64,000 bases of DNA from Botryllus schlosseri (GCA_051294905.1 CM119380.1:20646001-20710000), one strand, 5' to 3'; positions 25,706 through 38,655 are shown, counted from the stretch's first letter. Numbers and translations: made by a program. The notes: generated by a model from the sequence alone, not told the origin.

Positions 25706-26546
25706 GTGAGCCGTGAAAGCCGGGGCGGTGAATTTTAACGTAATATAGGGCGTTAACACCTAGCTAAACAGGGATATGTAGAACTAGTTCTAGATGTCAT
25801 TTCTGGCTTGCGTATACGCCGTTACTGTTATGATAGGGAATCGGTGTCGAGAAGACTCGCGTAAGATGTATGAATTGTCGCGATGTTAATCACCGCGTAT
25901 TCCAACTGCAATATAGTGCTTATTCTTTCCTTACTACTATGCACTCCGTCATCCACATAATTATATATCCTTGTAGCTACTTATGCGAGTGTACATAGCT
26001 TCTATATACTATACAATTGAATCATATATTCATATTGTAATAAGCCCGAGTACTTTCGGCTAACACTGGCCAGGAGTAGGCTAATTGTCAGCAACCTCTG
26101 ACGAGTGTCAGCCAAAACATTCGGGTTTATTTCACTATGAATATACTATTCAATTATATTATATTCATCCTGGTACTTTAAAATTTTCTCCAGCCCTCGT
26201 GTACAACGAGCAATAGTGAGGGATAGTATACTATTGTTATAAACGGCGGTCGATAAGTTGCTGTACTACTACGCTCTTTCATTGTTATTATTGATGGTGA
26301 TCAACGTGCTCGTTCTCTTGATTGGTTTTCCGCTGGCGAAGATTGATTGAATTGGCGGGAGCGTGTTGTGTAATTTTGTCAAATCAAATAGCGATATCTT
26401 TTTCCAGTCAATTGAATAGCAATCGGGACCGCATTGCAGTGTGTAATCTATCGTTGAGACTTGTAAGAATCAATGCCACGCTTGAAATCTTCTGGCAAAC
26501 AAACCCCGCTTGACTAGTACAAAACTACTCGTACGTATTCTATAAG

Positions 26547-27140
26547 CATAGTGTCCTATATGGTGTCGACACAAGCAAATCTCACGCCTCAGTGAAATTG
26601 TATCACGTCACAATTTTCATTTGGCTACAGGCAATTTGACGGTCATTTTTGACCGGCTTGCCGAGCATTAAATTTGGTGATACGGGTATCAATCGAAAGC
26701 TGTCTCTTCACTGATTACGAAAATATAAATTTTATTCCGCTCGTGGCCCTGGAACCCCCACAATCAGCCTCGAATTTTTCATTGTTATGGAGATTGGCAT
26801 TGATACGCAACAATGCTGTCTGGTGAAACGAGAGAGTTAATCTCACGTTACTCTCTCGTTTCGCCAGACAGCATTGTTGCGTATCAATGCCAATCTCCAT
26901 AACGATGAAAAATTCGAGGCCGATTGTGGGGGTTCCAGGGCCACGAGCGGAATAAAATTTATATTTTCGTAATCAGTGCAGAGTCAGCTTTCGATTGATA
27001 CTCGCTTCACCAAATTTAATGCTCGGCAAGCCGGTCAAAAATGACCGTCAAATTGCCTGTAGCCAAATGGAAATTGTGACGTGATACAATTTCACTGAGG
27101 CGTGAGATTTGCTTGTGTCGACACCATATAGGACACTATG
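26547..27140. mobile_element. 594-bp foldback (near-perfect palindrome), P-superfamily/Galileo-like non-autonomous element
   Basis: Arms of about 294 bp with roughly 9 mismatches by eye; termini CATAGTGTCC...GGACACTATG; perfect 7-bp TSD CTATAAG. Confidence 0.85.
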
Positions 27141-27232
27141 CTATAAGTATAAGCGGCAGCGCGTTGTTATTATGACACCATAGCTGATGTATGACGTCAC
27201 AAGCTGTCGCTCACGCGTCTTACCTTTCTCAG

Positions 27233-27383
27233 GTGCAATCGCGAGAAGTGGAGAATCTCCTTCGTGACGTGGACGGCCACGCTCCAGCCGTTGAGGCGCT
27301 TGAAGATGCTGCGCGCGAAATGGTAGCGCTACCGTCGGAGGCTGTTGATAAGGCTGAGAAGAAAAGCATCTCCGAGCTATCAG
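27233..27383 (+). CDS. MACF1: Spectraplakin rod exon
   Basis: VQSREVENLLRDVDGHAPAVEAL; phase 0-1. Confidence 0.87.
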
Positions 27384-27844
27384 GTATAAAGCTTGTAGCT
27401 TGTGGCTTTTTCTCTACCGAATATGTGGCAATGCGATTTTCTTCATCTAAGCCAGTGGTTTGTAACTCATGGTGTAATTTTATCAAGGTCAACCTGTTTA
27501 TCGTCCTAAAAGCAACGAAGTAAATCCACTTTTCTAGAGTACTCATGGAGTTATATCTACTTATAATACTTACTCGATAGTTGGGAGTTTTGTTTGCATA
27601 CTATCTGGAAGAAACTAAAGATAAAAAGACTCTTGACTTGGCATTCTTGGCTCCCAAATCGCGCAAGGGGCGAACTCGGCCACTTTGAGAACCACAGATT
27701 AACACTTAACTTGGTCGGTTGGTATTCACTTGTTTCGATCTGCCTCTTCAAAGTGAAAATATTTATACCACTACCAATGTGTGTCTGATCACTAATAATA
27801 TCTGATAATATCACTATATCACTCCTGATTTATATCATTTCCAG

Positions 27845-28056
27845 AATCCACCCGCGAGAGACACGACAAACTGCGTCACGGCGCTGCTAAGAAAGTGACT
27901 GAGCTATCTTCCGCGCTATCGCAGTCCCAGGGTGTCTCCGAACGGCTAGAGTCACTCCTACACTGGCTGGCAGACTGGGAACGGAAGCTGGACCACAACA
28001 GGGCCGAAACGGTCGCGCAGGAAGGAAAAGTCGCTGCCAAGCTGACTGAGGCTAAG
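27845..28056 (+). CDS. MACF1: Spectraplakin rod exon
   Basis: ALSQSQGVSERLESLLHWL; phase 1-0. Confidence 0.88.
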
Positions 28057-28275
28057 GTAAATTTTAGTAATTTGCATATACGCGAATCTATGGTATGGTC
28101 ACAACAATGATGTTGAAGTGGAACTAACACAGCGAAAATTCAGTATTGGTTCAAGTAGAAATAGCGATTACCGAGGCTGGTCGAGGCTACCCCAAGTAGA
28201 AGTAGCGTTGGAAATCTAAAGATAGCTGGTGATGATGGGTACTATTGTTCGACGTTTACTCAGGGTACTTCAAAG

Positions 28276-28731
28276 CAGGGTTGTATCGAAATCACAAGTC
28301 AATCTCACTTTTATAGTTATGACTCGAGTCAAGTCTAGTCGTTTTAATTCACCACCGAGTCAAGTCCGAGTCATAATATTATGACTCGAGTCAGAGTCCA
28401 AGTCACTGTGTTGACTTTTCAGTTTCGAGTTGAATTCTTGTTACAGCCATTTTCTTACAACTCTGCTTGGGGATATCGAATGCTTCGCATTCATAATATA
28501 CTAACTTTCATCCCTTTTAAGTTTCAGGTCGCATTTTCAAGTAGCAGTACTAATAGACGAAATACCAATAATGTGGTAACTTTACTGTTCATTGAAATTA
28601 CAATGAAATGGCGGTCTTGGCCGACCGAGTCTCGCGTCATAGGACTTAGTCCGAGTCATGCGCAGTGACTCGAGTACAAGTCGAGTCACTTTCTGTATTT
28701 AGAGATAATGACTCGAGTCATTACTACCCTG
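28276..28731. mobile_element. hAT-type MITE family A, copy 3 (inverted), inserted in a family C element
   Basis: TIR CAGGG...CCCTG; TSD CTTCAAAG/CTTCGGAG (6 of 8). Confidence 0.8.
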
Positions 28732-28825
28732 CTTCGGAGCAAGGCACTTTTCAGAGTACCGAGTACTCAATTACGTTTTGCTTACTAACACTCCTTCCTC
28801 AGGTGATTGCTAATTTACACTACTA

Positions 28826-28865
28826 TTTATACTTATACTTATAGTTATACTTATACTTATACTTA
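28826..28865. repeat. (TATACT)n microsatellite
   Basis: Direct reading. Confidence 0.8.
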
Positions 28866-29211
28866 CGTTCGAATACTTAGAATTCGCTACTCCTACTTCT
28901 TCTTGAGAATAAACAATGGCTACTTTGACCACCCCTACTCACGAGCCACTCATTCTCAAATACGGCAATAATTACTATTGGCTTAGAACCACGATCCCAT
29001 TCGCCTTCAAACCCTCTGACTCAAAAATTGACTATGATATTAATAACTAATATTATTTCATTATAATTATAGTAATATGTGAAGTTGATCTGTAAAGATG
29101 TACGTCTATTTTTCGGAGTGCTCCAGTAGGATTTGCCTACTTACAAATACTTCGATACTTGAGAATCCTTGGCTTTTCAGAAGTCTTTAATCTCACTCTG
29201 TATACGTGCAG

Positions 29212-29538
29212 CAAATTAAAGACGCAGTAGCTGCCCGGGCTTCCGACGTAGACGAAGTGAAATCGGCGTGCTCCGCCATCTTGGGCGGCGGCGACAGTCA
29301 AACCACCGACTCTCTGCACAAGAGGCTGTCTAAGATGAGCGAGCAGTTCGGTCAGCTCGAGCACGCGGCCAAAGAAAGAAACATCGACTTGGAGGATATG
29401 AACGGGAATTTGGGCGAGTTCGAGCGCGAATGCAAGAGATTGTCGGACTGGATCGAAGACACTTTTGAGACGGTCGGAGATGATGACGTTTCCAAAGTGC
29501 CGGAAAGCGAGATTCCTGTCTTAGAGAAGAAAATCGAG
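29212..29538 (+). CDS. MACF1: Spectraplakin rod exon
   Basis: QIKDAVAARASDV...KRLSDWIEDT; phase 0-0. Confidence 0.88.
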
Positions 29539-30623
29539 GTAATACTTGTTTCGAAAATGGAAATTATCGACAGCAATGTCCAAACGAGAATTGGAACTTC
29601 TGTAGATTTACTTTTGTTGACATGTTTACCTTGACTATAACAGTGGTTCTCGCCCTTAATGGCATGAAGACCCGTAAATTTCAAAACAGATTTTATGTAC
29701 CGGTGAACCTTCACAAATCAAAATTAGACCAAATCTAACTGAATTCTACTGAATGAAAGTAACGAATTCCTTTTATCAAGTCTGCCTGGCTTTCACGCAT
29801 TATTGTTCTGAAACAAGTTCTAATACTTTTAAACAGATTGGTGCCACAGTTCCTGCATTTTGAGGTATCTTAAGTCCAAACTAGACAGTGAACTTTATAT
29901 TACGACAGGGTGCGGAAAACTATATTTAAAATTTCTAAATCAATTAAAAAGTTTGTGTTTAATTTCGCTAATCAATAGACAAGTGTCCAACTTTATGCAG
30001 TTTACAGTTGAGATATATAGCTTACTATATCATAATACAATACACAGTGACCACAAATCACATGTGACCAGTCACAGAAAAGTCGAATTAATTGTGGTAG
30101 TATTTTTGACAGACATTTTTTATAAGTGCAGCAGCATATGATCGCACTTGATCAAATCATCTTCATTTTGTCATCCTTCTCGAAACGACACTGTTTGCTT
30201 TTATTCTAGAAATGTAACCGTCTTTGTAGTACTTGTTGTCATACAGAACACAGACAAAGATCACAAGGAATATATATCTATTGACTGACGATTTTAGGGG
30301 ATTGGTTACCATCTGTCAATAATACGAAGTGACAAAAAGTAATTTTTACACCGGGTCCTCTAACGAATGAATAGTTTGATTAAATTTGCCTAGGAAAGTT
30401 TCTAGGTCGATGACTATTATTCTCTGATACTAACATTGACTGTGATATCGTAGCTGCTCGCTGACATCGAAAATTTTCTCTCTTGAAACTATTGACGTTG
30501 TCACCACTCTCATATACTACGATTTTAATTTTACAAATCCCTACCTGATTTATTTAGCACTGAGCATTGAGCAAACACACAGCCCCTATCGAGCACTTTT
30601 TAATTGCTTCGATCCCAATTTAG

Positions 30624-30790
30624 GACATTCGGAGAGAGATTGAGCTCAAGAGGCCAGAAGTAGCAGGCACTGTGCAGGCGGGAGAGAAAATTATCGGCGA
30701 TTGCCGATTCTCGGACACGGAGCCAGCTCGCGAAACGTTGAACCAACTCGCTAACGCGTGGGAAGATCTTTTAGAAGTTGCATCGGAAAT
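30624..30790 (+). CDS. MACF1: Spectraplakin rod exon
   Basis: DIRREIELKRPEVAGTVQAGEK...LANAWEDL; phase 0-2. Confidence 0.87.
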
Positions 30791-31178
30791 GTAAGATTTT
30801 TGCGCTATTCCAAGTTTATTTCTAGTCGAGCAGTTTCGTTAGACGTAACTTTGCTCTGTGTTATAATACAGAATAACTTTTTCGACTCCATAATCAGTCT
30901 TTAAAACAGACAGACATATGTTTCTTGGAAGCTTCTTGGAGGTACAGAACTTCAATATACAATTGAATAGTATATTCACATTGGAATGAACCCGAACATT
31001 TTCGGCTAACACTCGCCAGGGGTTGTCGTCCAGCAACTTTAGTGATACTGTTGACAGTCATCACGCGTTATATTTTCTCAGACTTGAATTTTGTAATTTA
31101 CTATGGATATGCATGATTGACAAATAAAAGGTTCTCTCTCTAATCACTCTCTCGTGACACTGTAATTTACTTGTTCAG

Positions 31179-31335
31179 GGAGAGCGAGCTAGCGTCTAGG
31201 AAAGAACAAATGAATTCGCTTGAGAGCTCGATGTCCGACTTTACTTCGTGGATGAAATCCGTCGATGATGCTGTTGGTGACATGAAAGACTCCATCGTTA
31301 TAGAAACACTGGAGAAACAAATCGCACAGACCCAG
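31179..31335 (+). CDS. MACF1: Spectraplakin rod exon
   Basis: ESELASRKEQM...FTSWMKSV; phase 2-0. Confidence 0.87.
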
Positions 31336-31841
31336 GTAAGGCCATGCCGAGTTTACCTGGTCAAACATCGTACCCCTGGGCTGGATCCACTCATGTTAAG
31401 GCGTATAAGCAATGTTAACAGTTTGGGGTAGCGTTTGCCATTATTTTACTTATCAATACTGCCCAGCATTAGAGAGTTTGGATCCAGCCCTAGAACCCAA
31501 CTCATTTGACTAGCCTGCTTTTAGTCGTTCTGTACACTCTGCATTTCAAACTTCAACTGTATTAGTGCCCGGTGCAAAATAGATGGTATATGTTGCTTTC
31601 GACAAGGAAACCACCTAGCTAGGGCCTGGTACATAAGTTATACTTCAATGCTCTGTTAAGTCAGCTACATCGTGGGTGCATTTTTGCTATACCTACTGAC
31701 AGGTGTGAATTTGCTAGTTTTGACAATATTGATGGCTTAATTATGGGTAGGAACTGGGAACTATTCTTTGGTAAGATCGAGATGAACATTCTGTCTTTAC
31801 AATTTCCTATTGCTCATTATGTGACCTTGTATAATGTTCAG

Positions 31842-31968
31842 GAATATTTGGATGCGTGGGACGAAAAGTCAAAGGAACTCGACACTATTTTTGATCTCTC
31901 GACTTTTGATTCAAAATCTACCAAATCTCCTTCGAGACGTAGACTTAGAACTCACAGGAGAAAGAAAG
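31842..31968 (+). CDS. MACF1: Rod exon ending in basic insert
   Basis: EYLDAWDEKSKEL...SPSRRRLRTHRRKK; phase 0-1. Confidence 0.8.
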
Positions 31969-32797
31969 GTAATGCCACGCAATCGATATTTTTGTCTGCC
32001 AGGGTATGCTGTTACATCTGGTTTGGTTCCTCACTGTTGCTGACGTTGTGTGGGATGTATTGCTGTATGAATTGTACAAGTCATACGGTACATGCATGCA
32101 ACTTGCTATCCATTACGTTATGCTTGCTTTGAAGAACCATAAATATACCTCATTGTAGTGACACCAAATTTTTGAAATTCAAGTGTATTCCATTGCAAAG
32201 ATTTTTTGATAATTCTAATTCTGTTATCTGGTCAAGTGACGGCTCTCAAATCAAACAGCAAAATCTGATTTGTTTGTTCCAACAATAGAAAACGCGGATA
32301 CGAGTCAATTTTTTTATGGTTACATATTAGAAATGTTTTATAGTAGCAGCACGTACTTGGTCGATAGACTTTTGAAAAATCATCAGGTAACTGTCTATGA
32401 ACATGTCATTCCTACTATGCTGCCAAAGATTGACTCTATGACTACTTAGTGAAACTGGTTTTGACAAGCAAGCAGCCTAATACATTGGTACAAGAGCATT
32501 GTTACTTTGTTGTTAAAATCACGTGAATGCATTTTGATGCCATGGGGCTGTGAGACTTGTCGCCTATTACTAACACGATTCGATGTACAAAATCTCCTGG
32601 TGTTTATCACATACGCGAAATTTTCATATTCATCTAACCGCATTGGTGAGTCACGCATGAATGAATGGTCATTGATTGCAGACATTGTTTCTCGCAACCT
32701 AATTGTGTATCAATTATGTTGGTGCGTTATCACACCCCATGTCTGATCTCTCTTATCAATGATTTATTTTCTTTCCACGCATTATCTCTGGATGCAG

Positions 32798-32833
32798 GCA
32801 TGCGTAAGAGCAGAGCAAGAGTTGGTTTGAAAG
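32798..32833 (+). CDS. MACF1: Candidate 36-nt microexon (GMRKSRARVGLK)
   Basis: Pyrimidine tract plus CAG acceptor, donor AAG|GTATTT, symmetric phase 1-1, no stop. Confidence 0.55.
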
Positions 32834-33210
32834 GTATTTTCTTTTGCTTTTATGTACGAGGCCGGCATGCGCGCTTATTTTGTGATTTTTACCGTGTTTG
32901 CGGTGTTAGGATTTAATATTACGGTGTTAACTGAATGATATAAATCTACTATAACTTCATTAGATTTTGCTAGTTAAATGGAGTCTGTTTCGTTTTGAAT
33001 AATTTATTTACTTAATTCTTATGTCTCTAGTTGAAGATAGTAGCTTATAATTCACATATGAATCATTGAATACACTATAAAAGTTGGTGTATGTGTTTAT
33101 TCTGAATTATTGAAAGTGTAATTACTTTTCCTAAGATATTTTCATGTCTGAAACACCATGTTACCAATTTGTCAACTGATCTAATTTTTCTCTCTGTCGA
33201 CTGCTTACAG

Positions 33211-33249
33211 AAAGTGTTTCAAATGAATCAACGTCACCCAAAAGTAAAG
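33211..33249 (+). CDS. MACF1: Candidate 39-nt microexon (ESVSNESTSPKSK)
   Basis: Strong tract TTTTTCTCTCTGTCGACTGCTTACAG, donor AAG|GTATTT, phase 1-1. Confidence 0.62.
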
Positions 33250-33310
33250 GTATTTTGAATTGTGCTCTTATGTAGGCTACTTCGTATTCCAACTATGCAA
33301 TCTCCTTCAG

Positions 33311-33432
33311 ACACTGTGGAATCTCAACTGGAGGATGTTAGCACGCTGTTTGAGGATCTCTCCGATAAAATTGCGGACAAGCAATCGAATTTGATGGAGA
33401 TTAAGGAAAATCGGGAAAATTTTGACAGAAAT
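33311..33432 (+). CDS. MACF1: Spectraplakin rod exon
   Basis: TVESQLEDVSTLFEDLSDKI; phase 1-0. Confidence 0.82.
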
Positions 33433-33640
33433 GTGAGATAATAAATATTGAAGTAATGATAATTTTAAATGGCTGGTTTTAGTTCTAATAAGTGTATTCC
33501 TACTAGGCTACAATGGATGTTGTGCTGTAAGTAATACTATTTTAGCTTCAGATCGCGACTGTTACATCTATTCCAAATATTGCCACGAATTTTCATGTTT
33601 TTTCTATACTATCCATTGCTGAAATTTGGTTTGTGTTCAG

Positions 33641-33763
33641 GCCAAAGCACTGGAAGATATACTCGATGACGCGGAGAAGCAAAAAGATCAGTGGAAAACT
33701 GATCTGAGCCCTGCCGAATTAGCAGACGTTAAAGAAATCAAGAACAAAATCGCCGCACACAAG
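33641..33763 (+). CDS. MACF1: Spectraplakin rod exon
   Basis: AKALEDILDDAEKQ...KIAAHK; phase 0-0. Confidence 0.82.
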
Positions 33764-34313
33764 GTAGCCTGCATTGAAATAGTAATGTAAACTTTCTATA
33801 GTTATATTGCACTGCTTTTTGACCTATACTTATTGTCGCGACCCAATTTCCTATTTCAAAATGTTCCCCGAGTCACAGGCACATTTGCGAATCCTTTCTT
33901 ACTAATCAGCTTCCCAGAAAGGATCCACACCTTCTCAACCATTTGGTTGAAAACCACTGTACTAATGTCTTTGAAATGAGCTGCTTTTTTTTGAAGCGCA
34001 ATTCAACAGCAGTCATAAAAATGACCAAACCATATGTTCCGTGTGTGCATCGAGTGTTCGTAAAATCAGGTTAAAATCACGTACTTTGATCGAACTGGTC
34101 TAAGACAGATTCCATGACAGACCTAGGATACAGACAGTATACAAATCATAATGCTGGGATAAAAACAGCTATCGTATTTTATAGACCTGTGCTCAGAATA
34201 CCTGCGTATGAGACCAGTTCATACACAAAATAAACTGGAGGCTTATTTTTTTCTGTTGAATTTATGATTAAAGTAGTGTTGAAGATTTGCATGACAACAT
34301 TTGCCATTTGCAG

Positions 34314-34443
34314 GTTTGGAGAGAGAACCTTCTGTCGCATACGAACGAACTTAAATCGACGGGCAACCTTTCGAATCAGCTCTGCGAGCCAAAGCCTCAC
34401 GCCGAGGGTGTCCCGGAAGTTCAAGCACAAAAAGAAAATATCG
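34314..34443 (+). CDS. MACF1: Spectraplakin rod exon
   Basis: VWRENLLSHTNELKSTG; phase 0-1. Confidence 0.83.
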
Positions 34444-34504
34444 GTATGATGTGTTTTCGCATGAAAAAAGTTCCAGTATACTGACAGTGACACCTATCTT
34501 TCAG

Positions 34505-34704
34505 AGGAAAGGTGGAAAGGTCTTCTTTCTGCTTCCAACGATTATGTTTCTGAATTGGAGAGCGATGTCGGTGCTCTGGGAGACTTCAACAGTCGCGCGT
34601 CGCAATTGAAAGAATGGTTGGACGACAAGAAAAACATGCTTGATATGCTGGGCGCACTGGTCTGCGACAGGACCGTGTTGGCTACGCAAGCTCAACAAGT
34701 CGAG
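34505..34704 (+). CDS. MACF1: Spectraplakin rod exon
   Basis: ERWKGLL...LKEWLDDKKNMLDMLGALVCDRTVLATQAQQVE; phase 1-0. Confidence 0.88.
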
Positions 34705-35548
34705 GTATTGATCAATATTCCCTGGTAACGAACATGATCGGGGCAGTCTTCAATGGTAGTACTTAAGACCATGTGATGTATCTTTTAGTCCCCACACTGT
34801 ATCAAGTGGTCCTGTGGTTCTCAACCGTAGACCATACAGGTCTGTGTCAACTTTCCTACCGGCCCGTCAATTACATTACAATACTGCAGTTTTATTGCAA
34901 AATGCACAAAGTTCGGCGCGTGTCCATTATAGAGAAAGGAAACATCAAATTTGAAATTGATTTAGAAATTTGGAACTCGATTTTTTGTATCGTGGGCTAA
35001 AGTTCAAGGATGCGTAGGTGACGATGCTGCAAGTATTCTACCATACTGTTTATAATTAGCCAAATACTCATTTAATCCCTGTTATATTTGAAAGACTAGA
35101 GACTTTTTGAATAAAATTCGTTAAATTTAGCGACATTTAGCAGTATAATAGAGGCCAGCAAACAGCAAAGTCACATTCCCTTCAAAAGAAACCCTACAGT
35201 CAACATCAAATCGGTGGGTTGTAACAGGACTCCGCGTTGCAGAAATTCAATAGAACCCTGTATAACACATGTAGTATCCTAATTCTCTTTAAATTGACGA
35301 TTACAATATTTGCTTTTTGTCATAATACAATTTTGGGTTGATTTTGATTTCGGAAGGTGCGCATGTCCGCAAAATTTTTGTTGAATTTGTCGCCAAGCTA
35401 AAAACGCTGAGAACCACTCGTCTAATCCTTAGCAGGTATTGATTTCAGACATGTTTGCAGTTTCCAACACATAAATCGCGCCGTGAATTATGAGCGGTTC
35501 ATGGTTTTTCTTGTTGATGGCGGTAGCACACATCTATCACCTTTTCAG

Positions 35549-35729
35549 CATTTGAATAACGACGTGGACTCCAAGCAACCTCAGATTGAGGATCTAGCCG
35601 CGGTGTCGAAGGGTTTGCCTAATGCCGAGGAGGCCAAGCAAGACGTGTCTGCGATCGAACAAAGCTGGAAAGACCTGAAAGACGACCTTGCCAAACGAAT
35701 GGATGCCATTGAGAAGCTGTTAGATTCGG
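35549..35729 (+). CDS. MACF1: Spectraplakin rod exon
   Basis: HLNNDVDSKQPQIEDL...IEQSWKDL; phase 0-1. Confidence 0.86.
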
Positions 35730-35903
35730 GTTAGATTAGTTGAACCTTTGATCAAGTCTTGCACATCCAGCATTGTCTCAAAATGATTTGGGTGTAGCGC
35801 TAAAATCCACGCATTTTCCAAGTGTCATTATATCACAATCTTCTGGTGCTTTTGAACCAATGAAAATATCCATAAATGAATGAATGTCTGTGTTGTCTTC
35901 CAG

Positions 35904-36058
35904 TAAACCGTCTCGACGCCTTGGTGAAAGAAGTTTGCGATTGGTCCAATCAAACTACAGCAGACGTAGATGAGCGCACTCCAAGACTCGAGTCTTGCAT
36001 CGATAAATTAGCGGAAGAAGCATCTTACGTCAAAGATATCAGCGACGATCAAGTGAAG
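35904..36058 (+). CDS. MACF1: Spectraplakin rod exon
   Basis: NRLDALVKEVCDWSNQ; phase 1-0. Confidence 0.82.
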
Positions 36059-36120
36059 GTATGAAAATGATACGATAGTGAAATACGGATACAAGGTTAT
36101 TTTGAGTTGTTTTACTGCAG

Positions 36121-36262
36121 TCTAACGAAGAGAAGGTGGAATTATGCAAGCAGTGTGTTAAAGAGATGCTGGATGTAGCCACGGATGATTCGTCGGAAAA
36201 AATGGCAATGTCCAAATTACAACTAGCGGAAGATCATTTGCAAGCTGCCACAGATAAGCTAG
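36121..36262 (+). CDS. MACF1: Spectraplakin rod exon
   Basis: SNEEKVELCKQCVKEML; phase 0-1. Confidence 0.8.
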
Positions 36263-36682
36263 GTATGCTATGGTATTGTAGCGTGTACGCTACTTCTGTA
36301 TTCCTCAAGATATACCTCTGTGGTATGTTTGAGTCACAGTAACATATCTATCTACAATACACTAGCTATTTATACTGTTATCAGCAGTTTGTCAGCATTA
36401 TCTGGGACGTTTCATGCTTTGCAAACCTGTGTTTAGGTTGCCATTTGCACACGATGTAAAAATGTCCATGTGGCAGATTTCTGATGTTGATGGTTTTCCA
36501 TATTTCATTTGAGTATGTCTGCCCACATATCTCAGTAAGGCTTCAGTACTGTTGGACAAATTTATCGTTCACTGCTGACCGAAAATACTGTAAAGCTGTC
36601 TTTCCAGAACTGTTGGACTGAAAGTGCTAGTTTTATTATAAATGAATAAAAATGGAATGTTTTATGGAAATCATGGTATGTA

Positions 36683-37960
36683 CCCGTAATTTTCCATGTA
36701 TAATAGGCTTACCATATTTTGGAAATCTAAAAAGAGGACACTTTTTCAGAAATTTGCAACTTGCAAAACCGGAGTAGAATTCTCAAAAACCGGTGAATTT
36801 TTCCCACTTTGCAATCGGTTGACTAAAAAAAATAAAAAGGTCATCTTTTCCACTCAGAGCTCAAAATACCGTTTTTCTCTCCACATTGCCAGGTGGATGA
36901 CTAAAAAAAAAGGTCATCTTTTCGCTCAGAGCTAAAATCAACGTTTTTCACTCCGAAATACCCGCCGGAGCATCACTTCTGTGCTAATTTGCGACATATC
37001 ACTCGCAATTTGCTCTAAATCTGACCTAAATTTTCAAAAAAGAGGACAAAATCTCAAAAAAGAGGACAAAAGGGCGTCCTCCGAGGACACTTTCAAACAA
37101 GTCAAAAAAGAGGACAAATCCTCTTAAAAGAGGACGTATGGTAAGCCTAATGTATAATGCGCAAAATTTTACCGATTTTTTGCCTTAAAATAGGGGATGC
37201 GTATTATACATAGGTACAGCAAGCCTTGAAAAAAATCTCCCTCGATCAAAAACTTGAAATCACACCTTTCTTCATGTTTGTTTCCAATCGCGCATCACCT
37301 CTAGCCATCGTGCCCGTAATTCGTATTGTAGAGTATAACGCGCTGCCAATTAACTAAAAACATGTTGCCAATTAACGAAAGTCGTCTGCACAGCACGCGA
37401 TCTCTTGCTGAGTTAGTTTGCCGTTTGTACGCGAGCGAAATTAGGTCGCTGATTGCTACAAGCGTGCGCGGCAATCCTTGCTAATTCATCGCATCAACGA
37501 CAGGCCTTGACACTCGCATACACAAGAGGCCATGTGCGCATTGCGCAAGATATAATCGCTTGCGTTATCAGCCGCATCTCCAACAGGACTGGTGCGCCCG
37601 ATATAACCGTTGGCCTGAGCAATCGCATCTGTAATTGTAATAGGCTCGTGCGCAAGATGTCGTATGTCGCTAGCCTGAACTATCGCGTCGCCGACCTCGC
37701 AGGCTTTGGCGACTATCTAGTATCTACTCTCGTTTAGAGACAATGCCGTTAATTGCATAAAGATTAACGATGGTTATGTCATGATTGTTTGACAGTGACA
37801 TCGCAAAACAGAACGACATCGTTTACAAAAACACAGCTATTCATGTACTGCGAATGCAGGGTGCGTACTATACATGGGTACAGGCTTTTTCCCAGAATTT
37901 GCACGCTATTTTAAGGGTGCGTATTATACATGGGGGCGCACTATATTCGGAAAATTACGG
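36683..37960. mobile_element. Tc2/pogo-like non-autonomous element (host of the 36704 MITE)
   Basis: Ends CCGTAATTTTCC...GGAAAATTACGG flanked by TA; internal repeated GGTGCGTATTATACATG motifs. Confidence 0.7.
36704..37149. mobile_element. Young hAT-type MITE
   Basis: Perfect 13-bp TIR TAGGCTTACCATA; perfect 8-bp TSD ATGTATAA; subterminal AAAAGAGGACA repeats. Confidence 0.92.
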
Positions 37961-38136
37961 TATTTTCAAAAAAATCGCCACTCTATAGAATTCGTAATTC
38001 AAATATGTGTCAAATATCGAGAAAATTTGGCAGTATCAACAATTATGATATCGCTAGGGCTATAAGAAGGCTTTTCGCCGTTACTAGAATTCATGTTGAC
38101 CTTGATATTTAAAAGTTATTCTGTTCGATTTTGCAG

Positions 38137-38454
38137 CTTGCTACAAAGAGAACATAGAGGAAGCGAAAGAGAAGAGTGAAAAACTCACAAAAGAGACGGA
38201 ATCGTTATCAAAATGGATCAGCGACGCGTTTGATAAAATCAAGGATTGCGAACCGGTGGTCGCCGAAGACAGTTTGTTAGAGAAACAGAAGACATTGAGG
38301 TCACTGCAACAGGAGGCGGAAGACAAAAAAGAAAACGAATTGAAGGACATAAACGATTGCGCGGATCGGTTGGCGGTTCTTTGCATGGCTGACGCGGCTG
38401 CGACTGATATGAAGAAGTCCAAAATCAATACAGATATGGAGAAATTGATGGAAG
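38137..38454 (+). CDS. MACF1: Spectraplakin rod exon
   Basis: CYKENIEEAK...SLSKWISDAFDKI; phase 1-1. Confidence 0.86.
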
Positions 38455-38655
38455 GTAATACGGTCTCTGTCACCGCGAAAATGCTGTGCAAATATACATA
38501 GATGGCCGGTAACGAAGTACGTCTGCTTTTTCAGAGTAGTTAAGTAGCAATTACCTACTTACGCTGCTTTGCCCATAGTAATATTTTTATTTTGGTTCCG
38601 ACTTAGCAAACTGCGCGTTAGTCGATAGATTTGAAACAGGACCATTCTTTTGCAG

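Noticed and set aside
32344-32386. Possible extra microexon ending at donor CAG|GTAACT
   Set aside because: All candidate acceptors give lengths of 19, 37, 40 or 43 nt, none a multiple of three.
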